DNA from: an uncultured Novosphingobium sp.
GTDB lineage: Bacteria; Pseudomonadota; Alphaproteobacteria; Sphingomonadales; Sphingomonadaceae
Assembly: GCA_964621355.1 (NCBI GenBank)
Contig: CAZUOV010000010.1
Location: 4,364 to 68,363, forward strand
DNA length: 64,000 nucleotides
Direction: 5' to 3'
How positions within the stretch are numbered: the stretch's first letter is position 1; the number at the start of each line of letters is the position of its first letter. Below are positions 31,415 to 41,915 of the stretch, in pieces. The notes under the pieces were generated by a model. It had not been told where the DNA came from and ran no database searches. It saw only the letters and a program-made list of their open reading frames with translations. The position numbers and the translations under genes are program-made.

Positions 31415-33224
31415 CGCTCTTGGCGAGGTTGCGGGGCTGATCGACGTCCGTGCCCTTGGCGCAGGCGACGTGATAGGCCAGCAGTTGCACCGGCACGGCA
31501 TAGACCATGGGTGCGATCAGGGGGTGGACTTTCGGCATCTCGATCGTGGCGAGGCAGCCTTCGCCCGCTTCGGCCAGCCCTTCGGCGTCCGATATCAGAA
31601 CGATCCTGCCGCCGCGCGCGCGCACTTCCTGCATGTTCGACACGGTCTTTTCGAACAGCGGGCCGGAGGGGGCGAGGACGATGACAGGGACGGCATCGTC
31701 GATCAGTGCGATGGGACCGTGCTTCATTTCGCCGGAGGCATAGCCTTCGGCATGGATATAGCTGATTTCCTTGAGTTTCAGTGCGCCTTCCAGCGCCAGC
31801 GGGTAATCCGGCCCGCGCCCGAGATAGAGCACGTCGCGCGCGGGCGCGATCAGGTGCGCCATGGCGGCGATCTCGTCGTCGTGGGCCAGCGCCGCGTTGA
31901 GGCAGGCGGGCGTTTCGATCAGGTGGCGGACGACTTCGCATTCCTCCGCCCGGTCCATGCGGCCCCGCTTGACGGCAAGATGCGCGGCCAGCGCGGCCAG
32001 CACGGCAAGCTGGCAAGTGAATGCCTTGGTGGACGCGACGCCGATTTCCGGCCCGGCGTGCGTGGGCAACAGCAGGTCCGCCTCCCGCGCCATGGAGCTT
32101 GTCGGCACGTTGACCACGACGGCGATGGTCTGCCCTTCGGCCCGGCAATGGCGCAGCGCGGCCAGTGTGTCCGCCGTTTCGCCGGATTGCGAGATGAACA
32201 GCGCCAGCCCGCCCGGTTCCAGAACCGGCTCCCGATAGCGGAACTCGCTCGCCACGTCGATGTCGACGGGCAGGCGCGCGAACCGCTCGAACCAGTATTT
32301 CGCCACCATGCCCGCGTAGTAGCTGGTGCCGCAGGCGACGATGGTGACGCGATTGATGGCTGACAGGTCGAAGTCGATCTGCGGCAGCGCGACGGACTGG
32401 TCCACTTGCCGGACGTAGCTGCGCAGGGTCTGCGCGACGACCGTGGGCTGCTCGAAGATCTCCTTCTGCATGAAGTGGCGGTAATTGCCCTTTTCGATTG
32501 CGGTCGCGGACGCGCCGGAACTGACCACGGCGCGCTTGACGGGGTTGTTGTCCTTGTCGAACACGCGCGCGCCTTCCCGCGTCACGATCACCCAGTCGCC
32601 TTCGTCCAGATAGCTGATGCGCTGGGTGAGGGGCGCCAGGGCCAGCGCGTCGGAACCGAGATAGGTTTCTCCCTCGCCGTAACCGACCACCAGTGGCGAG
32701 CCGAGCCGCGCGCCGATCAGCATGCCGGGATGGCGGCGGAAAGCGATGGCGAGCGCGAAGGCCCCGCGCAGCCGGGGTAGTACCGCGGCGACGGCGCTTT
32801 CCGGCGATTCCCCGGCCTCGATCCGTTCGGACACCAGGTGGGCGACGACTTCCGTGTCCGTCTCGCTCTCGAATGAGCGGCCGCGCGCGATCAGTTCCTC
32901 GCGCAAGGCGCGGAAGTTCTCTATGATGCCGTTGTGGACGAGCGCGACTTCTTCCGTTGCGTGGGGGTGCGCGTTGGCGGATGTCGGCGCGCCGTGTGTC
33001 GCCCAGCGGGTATGGGCGATGCCGGTCTGTCCCGGAGCAGGGTTTTCCGCCAGTTCGGCAACAAGGTTCAGGAGCTTGCCCGGCGCGCGGCGGCGGATCA
33101 GTTGCCCGTCGTGAACAGTGCAGACGCCCGCGGAATCATAGCCCCTGTATTCCATGCGGCGCAGACCGTCGACGAGCCGGTCCGCCACTTCGCCCTTGCC
33201 GACGATTCCGATGATTCCGCACAT
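31401..33224 (-). CDS. glmS: Glutamine-fructose-6-phosphate transaminase
   Basis: MCGIIG, HTRWATHG, SQSGETAD, PRNLAKSVTVE. Confidence 0.98.
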   Translation of the reverse strand: MCGIIGIVGKGEVADRLVDGLRRMEYRGYDSAGVCTVHDGQLIRRRAPGKLLNLVAELAENPAPGQTGIAHTRWATHGAPTSANAHPHATEEVALVHNGIIENFRALREELIARGRSFESETDTEVVAHLVSERIEAGESPESAVAAVLPRLRGAFALAIAFRRHPGMLIGARLGSPLVVGYGEGETYLGSDALALAPLTQRISYLDEGDWVIVTREGARVFDKDNNPVKRAVVSSGASATAIEKGNYRHFMQKEIFEQPTVVAQTLRSYVRQVDQSVALPQIDFDLSAINRVTIVACGTSYYAGMVAKYWFERFARLPVDIDVASEFRYREPVLEPGGLALFISQSGETADTLAALRHCRAEGQTIAVVVNVPTSSMAREADLLLPTHAGPEIGVASTKAFTCQLAVLAALAAHLAVKRGRMDRAEECEVVRHLIETPACLNAALAHDDEIAAMAHLIAPARDVLYLGRGPDYPLALEGALKLKEISYIHAEGYASGEMKHGPIALIDDAVPVIVLAPSGPLFEKTVSNMQEVRARGGRIVLISDAEGLAEAGEGCLATIEMPKVHPLIAPMVYAVPVQLLAYHVACAKGTDVDQPRNLAKSVTVE

Positions 33225-33261
33225 GCTCTTGTTCTGTCCTTCCTGAACCCTTCGCCGGCGC

Positions 33262-34635
33262 CTAGCGGCTTTCGGCCTTTTTCTTCTTCATCGCATCATG
33301 GAAGCGATCGGCCCAGCCGGGCTTCACCAGTTGTTCCGCGCGCACCAGCCGCAGTTCGCCATCGGCCACATCGCGGGAAACCGCGCTTCCGGCGGCGACA
33401 ATGGCGTCCGCGCCGATCCGCACCGGCGCGATGAGGGCGGAGTTCGATCCGATGAAGGCCCGTTCGCCGATCACGGTCCTGTGCTTGAAATAGCCGTCAT
33501 AGTTGCACGTGATCGTGCCCGCGCCGATGTTCGCGCCCGCGCCCACTTCGGCATCGCCCAGATAAGTGAGGTGGTTGGCCTTGGCGCCCTTGCCCAGCAC
33601 GGCCTTCTTGATCTCGACGAAATTGCCGACCCTGGCCTTTTCCTCCAGCACCGCGCCGGGGCGCAGGCGGGCATAGGGGCCGATTTCGGTCCCGGCTTCC
33701 AGAGTCGCGCCTTCCAGGTGGCAGAAGGCATGGATCGTCACGTCGTCGGCCACGGCCACGCCCGGTCCGAACCAGACGTTCGGCTCCACCGTCACGTCCC
33801 GGCCCAGCACGGTGTCCCACGAAAACCACACGGTTTCCGGCGCGACCAGAGTCGCGCCGTCGGCCATGGCCTGTTCCCGGCGGCGTTGCTGCCAGCGGAC
33901 CTCGGCCTGCGCCAGTTCGCTCCGGCTGTTGATGCCCGCCACTTCGTCGGCATCGTCCGTCACGACCACGGCGCAGGTGCGGCCCGCTTGCGTGGCGACG
34001 TTCACGATGTCCGTCAGGTAATATTCGCCCTGCGCGTTGTCGTTGCCCACCCGGTCCAGCAGGCCGAACAGATCCCGCGCGCGCACGGCCATCAGGCCCG
34101 AATTGCACAGGCCGCAAGCGCGCTCTTCGTCGCTCGCGTCCTTGTGCTCCACCATCTTCGCGATTACGCCGTCCCGCGCGATCACGCGGCCGTATTGCAG
34201 CGGATCGACCGGCTCGAACCCCAGCACGACCACGGCGGGGGTATCCGTCCCGTGCAGCCGGGCGATCATCGCGCGCATGGTGTCGGCGCGGACAAAAGGC
34301 ACGTCGCCGTAGAGGATCAGTACATCGCCAGAAAAGCCCGCCAGCGCGTCGCGCGCCTGCATCACGGCGTGGCCGGTGCCGTGCTGCGGTTCCTGCACCG
34401 CGATGGCCGCCCGCTCGCCCAGCACCTTCTCAAGCTGTTCGCGCCCGCTGCCCACGACGACGACTTGCCGTTCCGGGCGCAGTTCGCCCGCGCTGTCCAG
34501 CAGGTGCTCGATCATCGGCCGCCCGGCCACGGGATGCAGCACCTTGTGCAGGCTGCTTTTCATGCGCGTGCCCTTGCCGGCGGCGAGGATGACGATCGCG
34601 AGCGGGGGGGCGGGCGAGGTTTCGGCTTCGGTCAT
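33262..34635 (-). CDS. glmU: Bifunctional UDP-GlcNAc pyrophosphorylase/acetyltransferase
   Basis: ILAAGKGTRMKS, GEYYLTD, HLTYLGD, ITCNYDG. Confidence 0.97.
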   Translation of the reverse strand: MTEAETSPAPPLAIVILAAGKGTRMKSSLHKVLHPVAGRPMIEHLLDSAGELRPERQVVVVGSGREQLEKVLGERAAIAVQEPQHGTGHAVMQARDALAGFSGDVLILYGDVPFVRADTMRAMIARLHGTDTPAVVVLGFEPVDPLQYGRVIARDGVIAKMVEHKDASDEERACGLCNSGLMAVRARDLFGLLDRVGNDNAQGEYYLTDIVNVATQAGRTCAVVVTDDADEVAGINSRSELAQAEVRWQQRRREQAMADGATLVAPETVWFSWDTVLGRDVTVEPNVWFGPGVAVADDVTIHAFCHLEGATLEAGTEIGPYARLRPGAVLEEKARVGNFVEIKKAVLGKGAKANHLTYLGDAEVGAGANIGAGTITCNYDGYFKHRTVIGERAFIGSNSALIAPVRIGADAIVAAGSAVSRDVADGELRLVRAEQLVKPGWADRFHDAMKKKKAESR

Positions 34636-34697
34636 GGATGGGGCCATGCCACCAAAAGCTTGCGGATTAAAGAATCGCGGGGCATCGGGCGGGCACC

Positions 34698-35390
34698 ATG
34701 AACGATTTTCCTTTCGATGTGGTCGGCTTTGACCTCGACGGCACGCTTCTCGACACATCCCGCGACCTTGGCGAAGCGCTCAATCATGCGCTGGACGTGG
34801 CCGGGCGGCCCGCCGTGGCGGTGGAGAGCGTGGCGCGCCTGATCGGCGGCGGCGGGCGTCAGATGCTGTTGCGGGCGCTGGAGGAAAGCGGCGGCGTGCC
34901 TGACGATACCGCGCCCCTGTTCGACGCATTCTTCGCCTATTATGCCCGCAACATCTCGGTCCATTCGCGCCTGTTTCCGGGCGGAGAGGCGATGCTGGAC
35001 GGGCTTGCCGCGCGCGGCGTGCACCTTGCCGTGGTGACGAACAAGCGGGAGGATTACGCGGTCCAGCTTCTGTCGGACCTTGGCCTTGCGCCGCGTTTCT
35101 ATACGATCATCGGCGGCGACACTCTGGGGCCGGGCAGGGCCAAGCCCGCGCCCGACCTCCTGCATGAGATGCTGGCGCGCGCGGGCGGGGCAAGGCGGGC
35201 GGCCTATGTGGGAGATACCACGTTCGATACCGGCGCGGCGCGGGCCGCCGGGCTGCCCTGCGTCGCTGTCAGCTTCGGCTTCAACGACCTGCCGCCGCAT
35301 GAGCTGGGCGCGGCCGCCGTGATAGACCACTATGACGAACTGATTCCCGCGCTTCTGGAACTGGGAGAAATCACTGCGCCGGTTCGGTGA
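34698..35390 (+). CDS. HAD hydrolase, phosphoglycolate phosphatase-like
   Basis: FDLDGTL, VVTNK, KPAP, YVGD. Confidence 0.9.
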   Translation: MNDFPFDVVGFDLDGTLLDTSRDLGEALNHALDVAGRPAVAVESVARLIGGGGRQMLLRALEESGGVPDDTAPLFDAFFAYYARNISVHSRLFPGGEAMLDGLAARGVHLAVVTNKREDYAVQLLSDLGLAPRFYTIIGGDTLGPGRAKPAPDLLHEMLARAGGARRAAYVGDTTFDTGAARAAGLPCVAVSFGFNDLPPHELGAAAVIDHYDELIPALLELGEITAPVR

Positions 35391-38229
35391 AGTCTCTTGG
35401 CAGCACGTCGATCTCCACGGCCTGCGCGGGATCGAGGTAGCGGCTGGCCAGCAGGGCTATATATTCCGGCGTTATGGCCATCAGCCGCTCCTTGCCTGTG
35501 AGGTAGCGCCCGATCCGGTCCGATTCGCTCTGCGCCCGGTCTACCAGCAGGAGCCAGCCGCTATTCGTTTTCAACGCGTTGTCATGGCTTTCGAGCAGAG
35601 GCTGGCGGGCGCGTTGCAGGACATCGTCACTGACCGGCGCGGCGCGCAGCGCCCGGATCGTTTCCAGAATCGCCGCGCGTGTCGCGGCAAGATCGCGCAC
35701 GTCGACCGAAGCCGACAGGGAGAACGTGCCGTAACCCTGCCAGTAGCGTGAGGGTGAACTGGCGGCGCCGGGGGAATAGGCCTTGCCGAGCCGCTCGCGC
35801 AGCGTCTCGATCAGTTCTATCCGCACGATACGCTCCAGCAGGTGCAATGCACTGGCATCCATCGCATTGCTGTCGTCGCGCGTTGGCCAGACGAACTGGA
35901 TCAGCGCCTGATCGGCAGGGCCATCGTGGCGCACCACGCGGCGGGTCCGCCTGTCGGTGAAGGGCCGGGGCGGCTGATCCGTCATCGGGCGGAAGTCCGC
36001 CTCCCGCGCGGGCAGGGCGCCGAAGGTGCGCGCCACGGCCGCGATCGCCGCATCCTCGTCGAAATCGCCGACCATGCCGATCTCGATCGCACCCTTGGCC
36101 AGCCGGTCCGCCAGATCGCCTTTCAGCTTCGCGAAGGTGAGCTTGCGGTAATCCTCCACGCTCTGAAGCGAGAAACGCAGATCGCCATCGGACAGGATGC
36201 CGCCGATTTCCGCGCCCAGCGCCGAGCCGGGCGTAGCGTTCTTGCGCAGGAAATAATTGTTGATGTCGAGCCGGTAACGCAGTTCACCTTCGGAACGGTA
36301 TCCGGGGTCCGTGACGAAGGCGGCGAACACCCGCATCTGAAGTTCCAGATCGTCCGGCGTCGTGCGCGCACTCGCCACGAAAGCATCGGCGCGCGACGAC
36401 AGGCCGGTGCCGACGGTGTGCCCGGCCAGAATGGATTGCAATTCGTCCTGGCTGTGCTTGCCCAGGCCGCCCGCGACGAACATCGGGATCATCTGGACGG
36501 CGAGCGGATTGCCTTTCGTCGCCAGCCGATTGCCGCCGTCGAGCGTGACTTGCGCCAGCACTACGTCCTTCTGGAGATCCGTGCGCTTGAGGTTCAGGCG
36601 CACGCCGTTGGCGAAGCGCAGCCGCCGGATGCCGAGCATCGGTTCGCGCTCGTCGGCGATCACGCTGCCTGGCTCGCCGAACGCGGAATAGGCAAAGGCC
36701 GTAGCGGTGTTGGCGGGTGCCTTTGCCGGGGACTGCTTCTGGATTTCCTGCCATGCCTGCCGCAGGGCATCGGCCCCGCCGGTGGGCAGGCGGCGGCCCT
36801 GGAAGCGGATCAGAGGCTTGTCGAGGGCAATGGCTTCGCGCTTCAAGGCGTCCAGCACCGATTTCGACGTGATTTCGGGAATCAGCGCTTCCAGCCGCGC
36901 CAGCGCGCCCTGCGGCGGGGTGGGCACCCTGTCGTCGCGCAGCAGGGCCATGATCGCGTTGACATGGGCCGTATTGCTACGCGTATCGGCGGAAGCCGCA
37001 GCGTTGATGGCGGCGCGGCGCAGGATCGCGACCTGCTCGGCCACTTCCACTTCAGTGAAACCGTGCTTCAATGCGCGGCGCAGTTCCGTTGCGCCGGCAA
37101 TGAGGCCCGGCCGCCACTTGCCATCCACGGTATCGACGACAAGGTTCGTCGTCCGCCCGGTGCGGAACACCATGCCGGTTCCGAAACCGGCATCGCGGAA
37201 CGGCGGGTCGGGCAGGCGGGAGATACGTTCCAGCCTGCGGTTGACGATGGCGTAGCCGATCTGGCGCAGCACGTTCTCGCGCCGGTTGGCGGCGGTGTCC
37301 GGCTCGTTCAGCCAGCGCCCGTGGCGGGAGGCGACGACTCGTTCCGACAGGGCCTGGTCGATATGCGCATCCGCCTTGTCGGCGCGTCTGATATCGACAG
37401 GCCCGGCATCGGGTTGCGCTTCGGCGGGCGGCCCCTGCCAGTCGCCGAAGCGGCGGGCGATCATCGCTTCCACTTCGCCCGCGTCGATATCGCCCACCAC
37501 GATCACGGTCGTCGCGGCGGGCACGTATTCGCGCTGCCAGAACGCCTTGAGCGCCTCGGGCGTGGCGGCGGCGACGGTTTCCGCCACGCCGATGGGGAAG
37601 CGGCGGGGATAGAGCGCATGCGGGTGCAGGAACGCGGCCTGTTCCCTTGCATTGCGCAGCGCGTAATTGTTGCGGTCCCGCATTTCCGAGAGGACGACGC
37701 CGCGTTCGCGTTCCACGGCGGCTGGGGAGAACGTGAGTTCGCTGGCGGTCTCGCGCATCAGCATCAGCGCGGTGTCGATCAGGCCCGCGCGGTTGCCGGG
37801 CAGGTCCAGCTTGTAGGTCGTGGCCTGAAAGCCGGTGCTGGCATTGGTGTCCGCGCCGAAGGCCAGCCCGTCGCGCTCCAGCAGGCGAACCATTTCGCCT
37901 TCGGGGACGTTGGTGCTGCCGTTGAAGGCCATGTGCTCGACGAAATGGGCAAGGCCGCGCTCGTTCTCGGCCTCGTCCAGCGAACCGGCGGCCACGTCCA
38001 TGCGGACCAGCACGGTGCCCTTGGGATAGGCGTTGTGCCGGACGACATAGCGCATCCCGTTGGCAAGGCGGCCGAAACGGTATTCCGGCTCGACGGGAAG
38101 GTCGCTGGCCTCGAAGGCCCAGACGGGTTTCGCGGCCGATGCCGCCGTGCTGTTCAGCCGCTGGGCCTGCGGCGCGCAGGCGGCGGCCAGCGCGCAGAGA
38201 AGGGCAAGCGCAGCCGCGGCCGGACGCAA
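35371..38229 (-). CDS. M16 family zinc metallopeptidase (PqqL-like), lipoprotein
   Basis: Lipobox LAAAC, GLAHFVEHMAFNGS, FGADTNA, LRERLGKAYS. Confidence 0.93.
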   Translation of the reverse strand: MRPAAAALALLCALAAACAPQAQRLNSTAASAAKPVWAFEASDLPVEPEYRFGRLANGMRYVVRHNAYPKGTVLVRMDVAAGSLDEAENERGLAHFVEHMAFNGSTNVPEGEMVRLLERDGLAFGADTNASTGFQATTYKLDLPGNRAGLIDTALMLMRETASELTFSPAAVERERGVVLSEMRDRNNYALRNAREQAAFLHPHALYPRRFPIGVAETVAAATPEALKAFWQREYVPAATTVIVVGDIDAGEVEAMIARRFGDWQGPPAEAQPDAGPVDIRRADKADAHIDQALSERVVASRHGRWLNEPDTAANRRENVLRQIGYAIVNRRLERISRLPDPPFRDAGFGTGMVFRTGRTTNLVVDTVDGKWRPGLIAGATELRRALKHGFTEVEVAEQVAILRRAAINAAASADTRSNTAHVNAIMALLRDDRVPTPPQGALARLEALIPEITSKSVLDALKREAIALDKPLIRFQGRRLPTGGADALRQAWQEIQKQSPAKAPANTATAFAYSAFGEPGSVIADEREPMLGIRRLRFANGVRLNLKRTDLQKDVVLAQVTLDGGNRLATKGNPLAVQMIPMFVAGGLGKHSQDELQSILAGHTVGTGLSSRADAFVASARTTPDDLELQMRVFAAFVTDPGYRSEGELRYRLDINNYFLRKNATPGSALGAEIGGILSDGDLRFSLQSVEDYRKLTFAKLKGDLADRLAKGAIEIGMVGDFDEDAAIAAVARTFGALPAREADFRPMTDQPPRPFTDRRTRRVVRHDGPADQALIQFVWPTRDDSNAMDASALHLLERIVRIELIETLRERLGKAYSPGAASSPSRYWQGYGTFSLSASVDVRDLAATRAAILETIRALRAAPVSDDVLQRARQPLLESHDNALKTNSGWLLLVDRAQSESDRIGRYLTGKERLMAITPEYIALLASRYLDPAQAVEIDVLPRDFTEPAQ

Positions 38230-38231
38230 GG

Positions 38232-39014
38232 TTATTTGCCCCGCAGCTTCCTGTGCTTGGACAAGTCGAACACTTCGCTCGGACCGTTATCGTCCTGAAG
38301 CAGACCCAGCCTGCGGGCCACTTCCTGATAGGCTTCGGATTCCCCGCCGAGGTCGCGGCGGAAGCGGTCCTTGTCCAGCTTTTCGCCCGTGGTCATGTCC
38401 CACAGGCGGCAGCCGTCCGGGCTGATCTCGTCGGCAAGGATCACGCGGCTGTAATCGCCGTCCCAGATCCGGCCGAACTCCAGCTTGAAGTCCACCAGAC
38501 GGATGTTGATCGCCGCGAACATGCCGCAGAGGAAATCGTTGACGCGGATGGCCATGGAGGAAATGTCCTGCATTTCCTCGTTGGAGGCCCAGCCGAAGCA
38601 GGCGATATGCTCTTCGGCGATCAGGGGATCGCCCAGCGCGTCGTCCTTGTAATAGTATTCGATCAGCGTGTGGGGCAGCGGCTCTCCTTCAGGGATGCCG
38701 AGGCGCTTGCTGATCGAACCGGCCGCGACGTTCCTCACCACCACTTCGATGGGCACGATTTCCACCTGCCGGACAAGCTGCTCGCGCATGTTCAGGCGGC
38801 GGATGAAGTGCGTGGGGATGCCGATATGGTTGAGGCGCGTGAACACGAACTCGCTGATGCGGTTGTTGATGACGCCCTTGCCCTGGATCGTGCCTTTCTT
38901 CTGGGCGTTGAAGGCCGTGGCGTCGTCCTTGAAATACTGGATCAGGGTGCCGGGTTCGGGGCCTTCGTAGAGAATCTTGGCCTTGCCTTCGTAGATCTGG
39001 CGGCGACGGGACAT
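38232..39014 (-). CDS. purC: SAICAR synthetase
   Basis: [36 protein letters not shown]. Confidence 0.97.
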   Translation of the reverse strand: MSRRRQIYEGKAKILYEGPEPGTLIQYFKDDATAFNAQKKGTIQGKGVINNRISEFVFTRLNHIGIPTHFIRRLNMREQLVRQVEIVPIEVVVRNVAAGSISKRLGIPEGEPLPHTLIEYYYKDDALGDPLIAEEHIACFGWASNEEMQDISSMAIRVNDFLCGMFAAINIRLVDFKLEFGRIWDGDYSRVILADEISPDGCRLWDMTTGEKLDKDRFRRDLGGESEAYQEVARRLGLLQDDNGPSEVFDLSKHRKLRGK

Positions 39015-39176
39015 GTCGTGGTTCCTTGACGGCGCGTTTCGCGCGGCGGGCGGCATCTTGCCGGAAAGACAGGCCCCGGCGCAACATGGCTGCTTTCCGT
39101 TGAAGGGGGCAGCCCGGCTGGCCGGGGCATTTGCGTTCCGCCCATATCGCCGGGCGGCTTCAAATGCAATGACAGC

Positions 39177-39668
39177 CTATGACCGCGCCAGCGCATCGGC
39201 CAGCGCGCGCGCCGCGCGGCTGACCTGTTCCCACGTTTCGGCAAAGCCCGCCTCATCCCCGTAATAGGGATCGGCGACGGATCGTTCGGCGGCTGGCCGG
39301 CCCGCCATGCCCGGCACATGATCGAGCAGCAGCGAAAGCCGGGCTGTCGCGCCGGCGGGGCGTATCCGCCGCAGGTCGGCGAGGTTCTGTCCGTCAAGCG
39401 CGAGGATATGCGAGAAGCGCGCGAAGTCCTGCGCCGTCACCTGCCTAGCGCGATAGCCGGAAATGTCGATGCCCCGCCGCAGCGCCTCGGCCTGTGCGCG
39501 GCGATCGGGCGGAGCGCCGGCGTGCCAGCCTCCCGTGCCGGCGGAATCGATGGCGATCTCCATCGCGCGCGCTTCGGCTTCGCGGCGGAATGCCGCCTCC
39601 GCCAGCGGCGACCGGCAGATATTGCCGAGGCAGACGAAGAGGACAGCCAGGTGTGGGGAGTGCGTCAT
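39177..39668 (-). CDS. Low-molecular-weight protein-tyrosine phosphatase
   Basis: VCLGNICRSP, DSAGT, DPYYG; ATGA overlap with tetR stop. Confidence 0.93.
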   Translation of the reverse strand: MTHSPHLAVLFVCLGNICRSPLAEAAFRREAEARAMEIAIDSAGTGGWHAGAPPDRRAQAEALRRGIDISGYRARQVTAQDFARFSHILALDGQNLADLRRIRPAGATARLSLLLDHVPGMAGRPAAERSVADPYYGDEAGFAETWEQVSRAARALADALARS

Positions 39669-40318
39669 GATGAAGTCGGGGACATAGGGAGATAGGCGCG
39701 GCGAAAGGTCGCCACCGCGTTTTCGACGTCGCTGTCGATCTCCTCGCCTGATGCGCGGTCTTTCATGCCCATCAGCAGCATCTGATGAGAGCCGGAAATG
39801 CACAGGCTGAATAACTGGTTGGCCGCGATGCGGCAGTCGCAGGCCGGCATCCGGCCCCGTTCCACCGCGCCTTCGAAATAACGGGCGATCGTTTCGCGGG
39901 TCCGTCCGGCGGCGCGTTCGTAAAAGATGCGTCCGACTTCGGGAAACCGCCCCGCCTCTCCCACGACAAGGCGATACAGCGCTATCGTGTCAGGTTGCGT
40001 CAACTTGCCGATATACTGTTTGCAGAAGCGCCGGAGAGTCGTTTCCACGGAATCGTCGGGGTTGAAGATGGCGGACAGATCCTTGCGGAACTGGTCTGTC
40101 GCGTGATCGAGAACGGCGGCAAAGAGTACGTCCTTTGAAGGGAAATAGTTCCACAACGTCGCCTTGGAGCCGCCGACCGCGGCCGCGATGCCGGACATCG
40201 TGGTGCCGTCATAACCGTTTTCCAGAAACGAAGCGCGCGCGACTTCCAGAATGGCTTCGCGCCGGTCACGGCGGCGGGCTTCTCGGCGTCTGCAATCGGG
40301 AGCGTGAGCGGCGACCAT
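39665..40318 (-). CDS. TetR/AcrR family regulator
   Basis: HTH FLENGYDGTTMSGIAAAVGGSKATLWNYF. Confidence 0.94.
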   Translation of the reverse strand: MVAAHAPDCRRREARRRDRREAILEVARASFLENGYDGTTMSGIAAAVGGSKATLWNYFPSKDVLFAAVLDHATDQFRKDLSAIFNPDDSVETTLRRFCKQYIGKLTQPDTIALYRLVVGEAGRFPEVGRIFYERAAGRTRETIARYFEGAVERGRMPACDCRIAANQLFSLCISGSHQMLLMGMKDRASGEEIDSDVENAVATFRRAYLPMSPTSS

Positions 40319-40400
40319 AAAACTGTACTATATAGTACGGTTTTTCCATTGACAACCGGCAGCGGCGGTTCGATTTAACCCGCCGTACCGTTCAGTACGG
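40319..40400. promoter_or_regulatory. Two palindromic operators (CYGTAC-N6-GTACGG) and overlapping divergent promoters
   Basis: CTGTAC-tatata-GTACGG (40323-40340) and CCGTAC-cgttca-GTACGG (40383-40400); minus-strand TTGTCA-N17-TATAGT; plus-strand TTGACA at 40349. Confidence 0.8.
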
Positions 40401-40418
40401 TTTCTTTCGAGTCTCCGC

Positions 40419-41915
40419 ATGCCCCTTTCGCCCAAGTCCATCCTGTCCATGCGCGCGCTGGTCATGCCGGTGTTGACGCCGATGTTGATTCTGGCGGGAT
40501 GCGCGTCCGTGCCCGATCCCGGTCCGCGAGCCGAACCGCTGGCGTCGGCGCAGATCGCGGCGGGCCACAGCCTTGCCGCCGATCACGTGACGCAGCGGGG
40601 GGACTGGCCGGACGATGCCTGGTGGCGGGCATTTTCCGACCCGCAACTCGATGCGCTGATCGACGAGGCGCTGCGCAATTCGCCTGACGTATCCATTGCC
40701 GTGGCGCGGTTGCGGCAGGCGTCCGGCATGGCCCGGGCGGCGGGTGCCGCCGGGTTGCCGCGTGTGGACGCGCAAGGTTCGGTCACGTTCAACAAGCAGA
40801 GCTACAATCAGGGCTTTCCCAGAGAGTTCTTGCCGCAGGGCTGGAAGGATTACGCCGATCTTGCCGGAGTGCTGAGCTTCGATCTCGATCTGTGGGGCCG
40901 CAATCGCGCGGCGCTGGCCGCCGCGACATCGGAAGAGACGGCGGCGGCGATTGATCTGGCCGAGGCACGGATCATGCTGGCCAGCGGAATGGCGCAGGCC
41001 TATGCCGATCTTGCCCGTCTTTACGAGGAGCGCGACGTTCTGGAAGCGGCGTTGGCAGTGCGTTCCGGTTCCGAGAAAGTCGTGACCGACCGCTCGCGCG
41101 CGGGGCTGGAAACAGCGGTCGGCACCCGGTTGGCCAGCGCGCAGACCGCCACGGCGCGAGCCGATATCGCGGCGGCGGATCAGGCGATAGCACTGCGCCG
41201 CAACCAGCTTGCGGCGCTGGCCGGTGCCGGGCCGGATCGCGGGCTGGACATCGCGCGGCCGCAACTGGCGATGCCGGCCCAGGCAAGCCTTCCTCCCGAT
41301 GTGACGACGGACCTGTTGGGCCGCCGGGCCGATATCGCGTCGGCGCGGACGCGGGTCGGGGCGGCGGCGGCCCGGATCAGGGCGGCACGGGCCGATTTCT
41401 TTCCCGCGATCCGGCTGGAGGCGCTGGTGGGCCTGCAATCGCTGGGCGTGGAGAACCTGTTCAGGGGCGGCTCGACATATGGCAGCACCGGCCCCGCGAT
41501 CAGCCTGCCGATCTTTCGCGGCGGCGAGTTGCAAGGGCGCTACACCGCGGCGCGCGGCGCTTATGACGAAGCCGTCGCGCAATACGACAAGGTCGTGCTT
41601 GATGCCTATCGGGAAACGGCCGACGCCGTGACGGCGCGTAGGCAAGTCGCCGTCCGGCTGGCCGAGGCGAAATCGGCCCTCGCGGACAGCGAAGGCGCCT
41701 ATCGCATGGCGCGCCTGCGTTACGACGCGGGCCTTTCCACGTATCTTGACGTGCTGAATGTCGAGGATCGCCTGCTTCAGGCCCGCCGGGCGGTCAGCGG
41801 CCTGGAAGCCATGGCGCGCGATGCGGACATTGCGCTTATCCGCGCGCTGGGCGGCGGTTACGCTCCGGCGGATCAGGTGGCGAACAGAATGAACGCCGGG
41901 GATATTGTGCAATGA
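40419..41915 (+). CDS. Efflux outer-membrane factor lipoprotein (NodT/TolC family)
   Basis: Lipobox LAGC, WWRAFSDPQL, DLDLWG, LPIFRGG, ALGGG. Confidence 0.93.
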   Translation: MPLSPKSILSMRALVMPVLTPMLILAGCASVPDPGPRAEPLASAQIAAGHSLAADHVTQRGDWPDDAWWRAFSDPQLDALIDEALRNSPDVSIAVARLRQASGMARAAGAAGLPRVDAQGSVTFNKQSYNQGFPREFLPQGWKDYADLAGVLSFDLDLWGRNRAALAAATSEETAAAIDLAEARIMLASGMAQAYADLARLYEERDVLEAALAVRSGSEKVVTDRSRAGLETAVGTRLASAQTATARADIAAADQAIALRRNQLAALAGAGPDRGLDIARPQLAMPAQASLPPDVTTDLLGRRADIASARTRVGAAAARIRAARADFFPAIRLEALVGLQSLGVENLFRGGSTYGSTGPAISLPIFRGGELQGRYTAARGAYDEAVAQYDKVVLDAYRETADAVTARRQVAVRLAEAKSALADSEGAYRMARLRYDAGLSTYLDVLNVEDRLLQARRAVSGLEAMARDADIALIRALGGGYAPADQVANRMNAGDIVQ

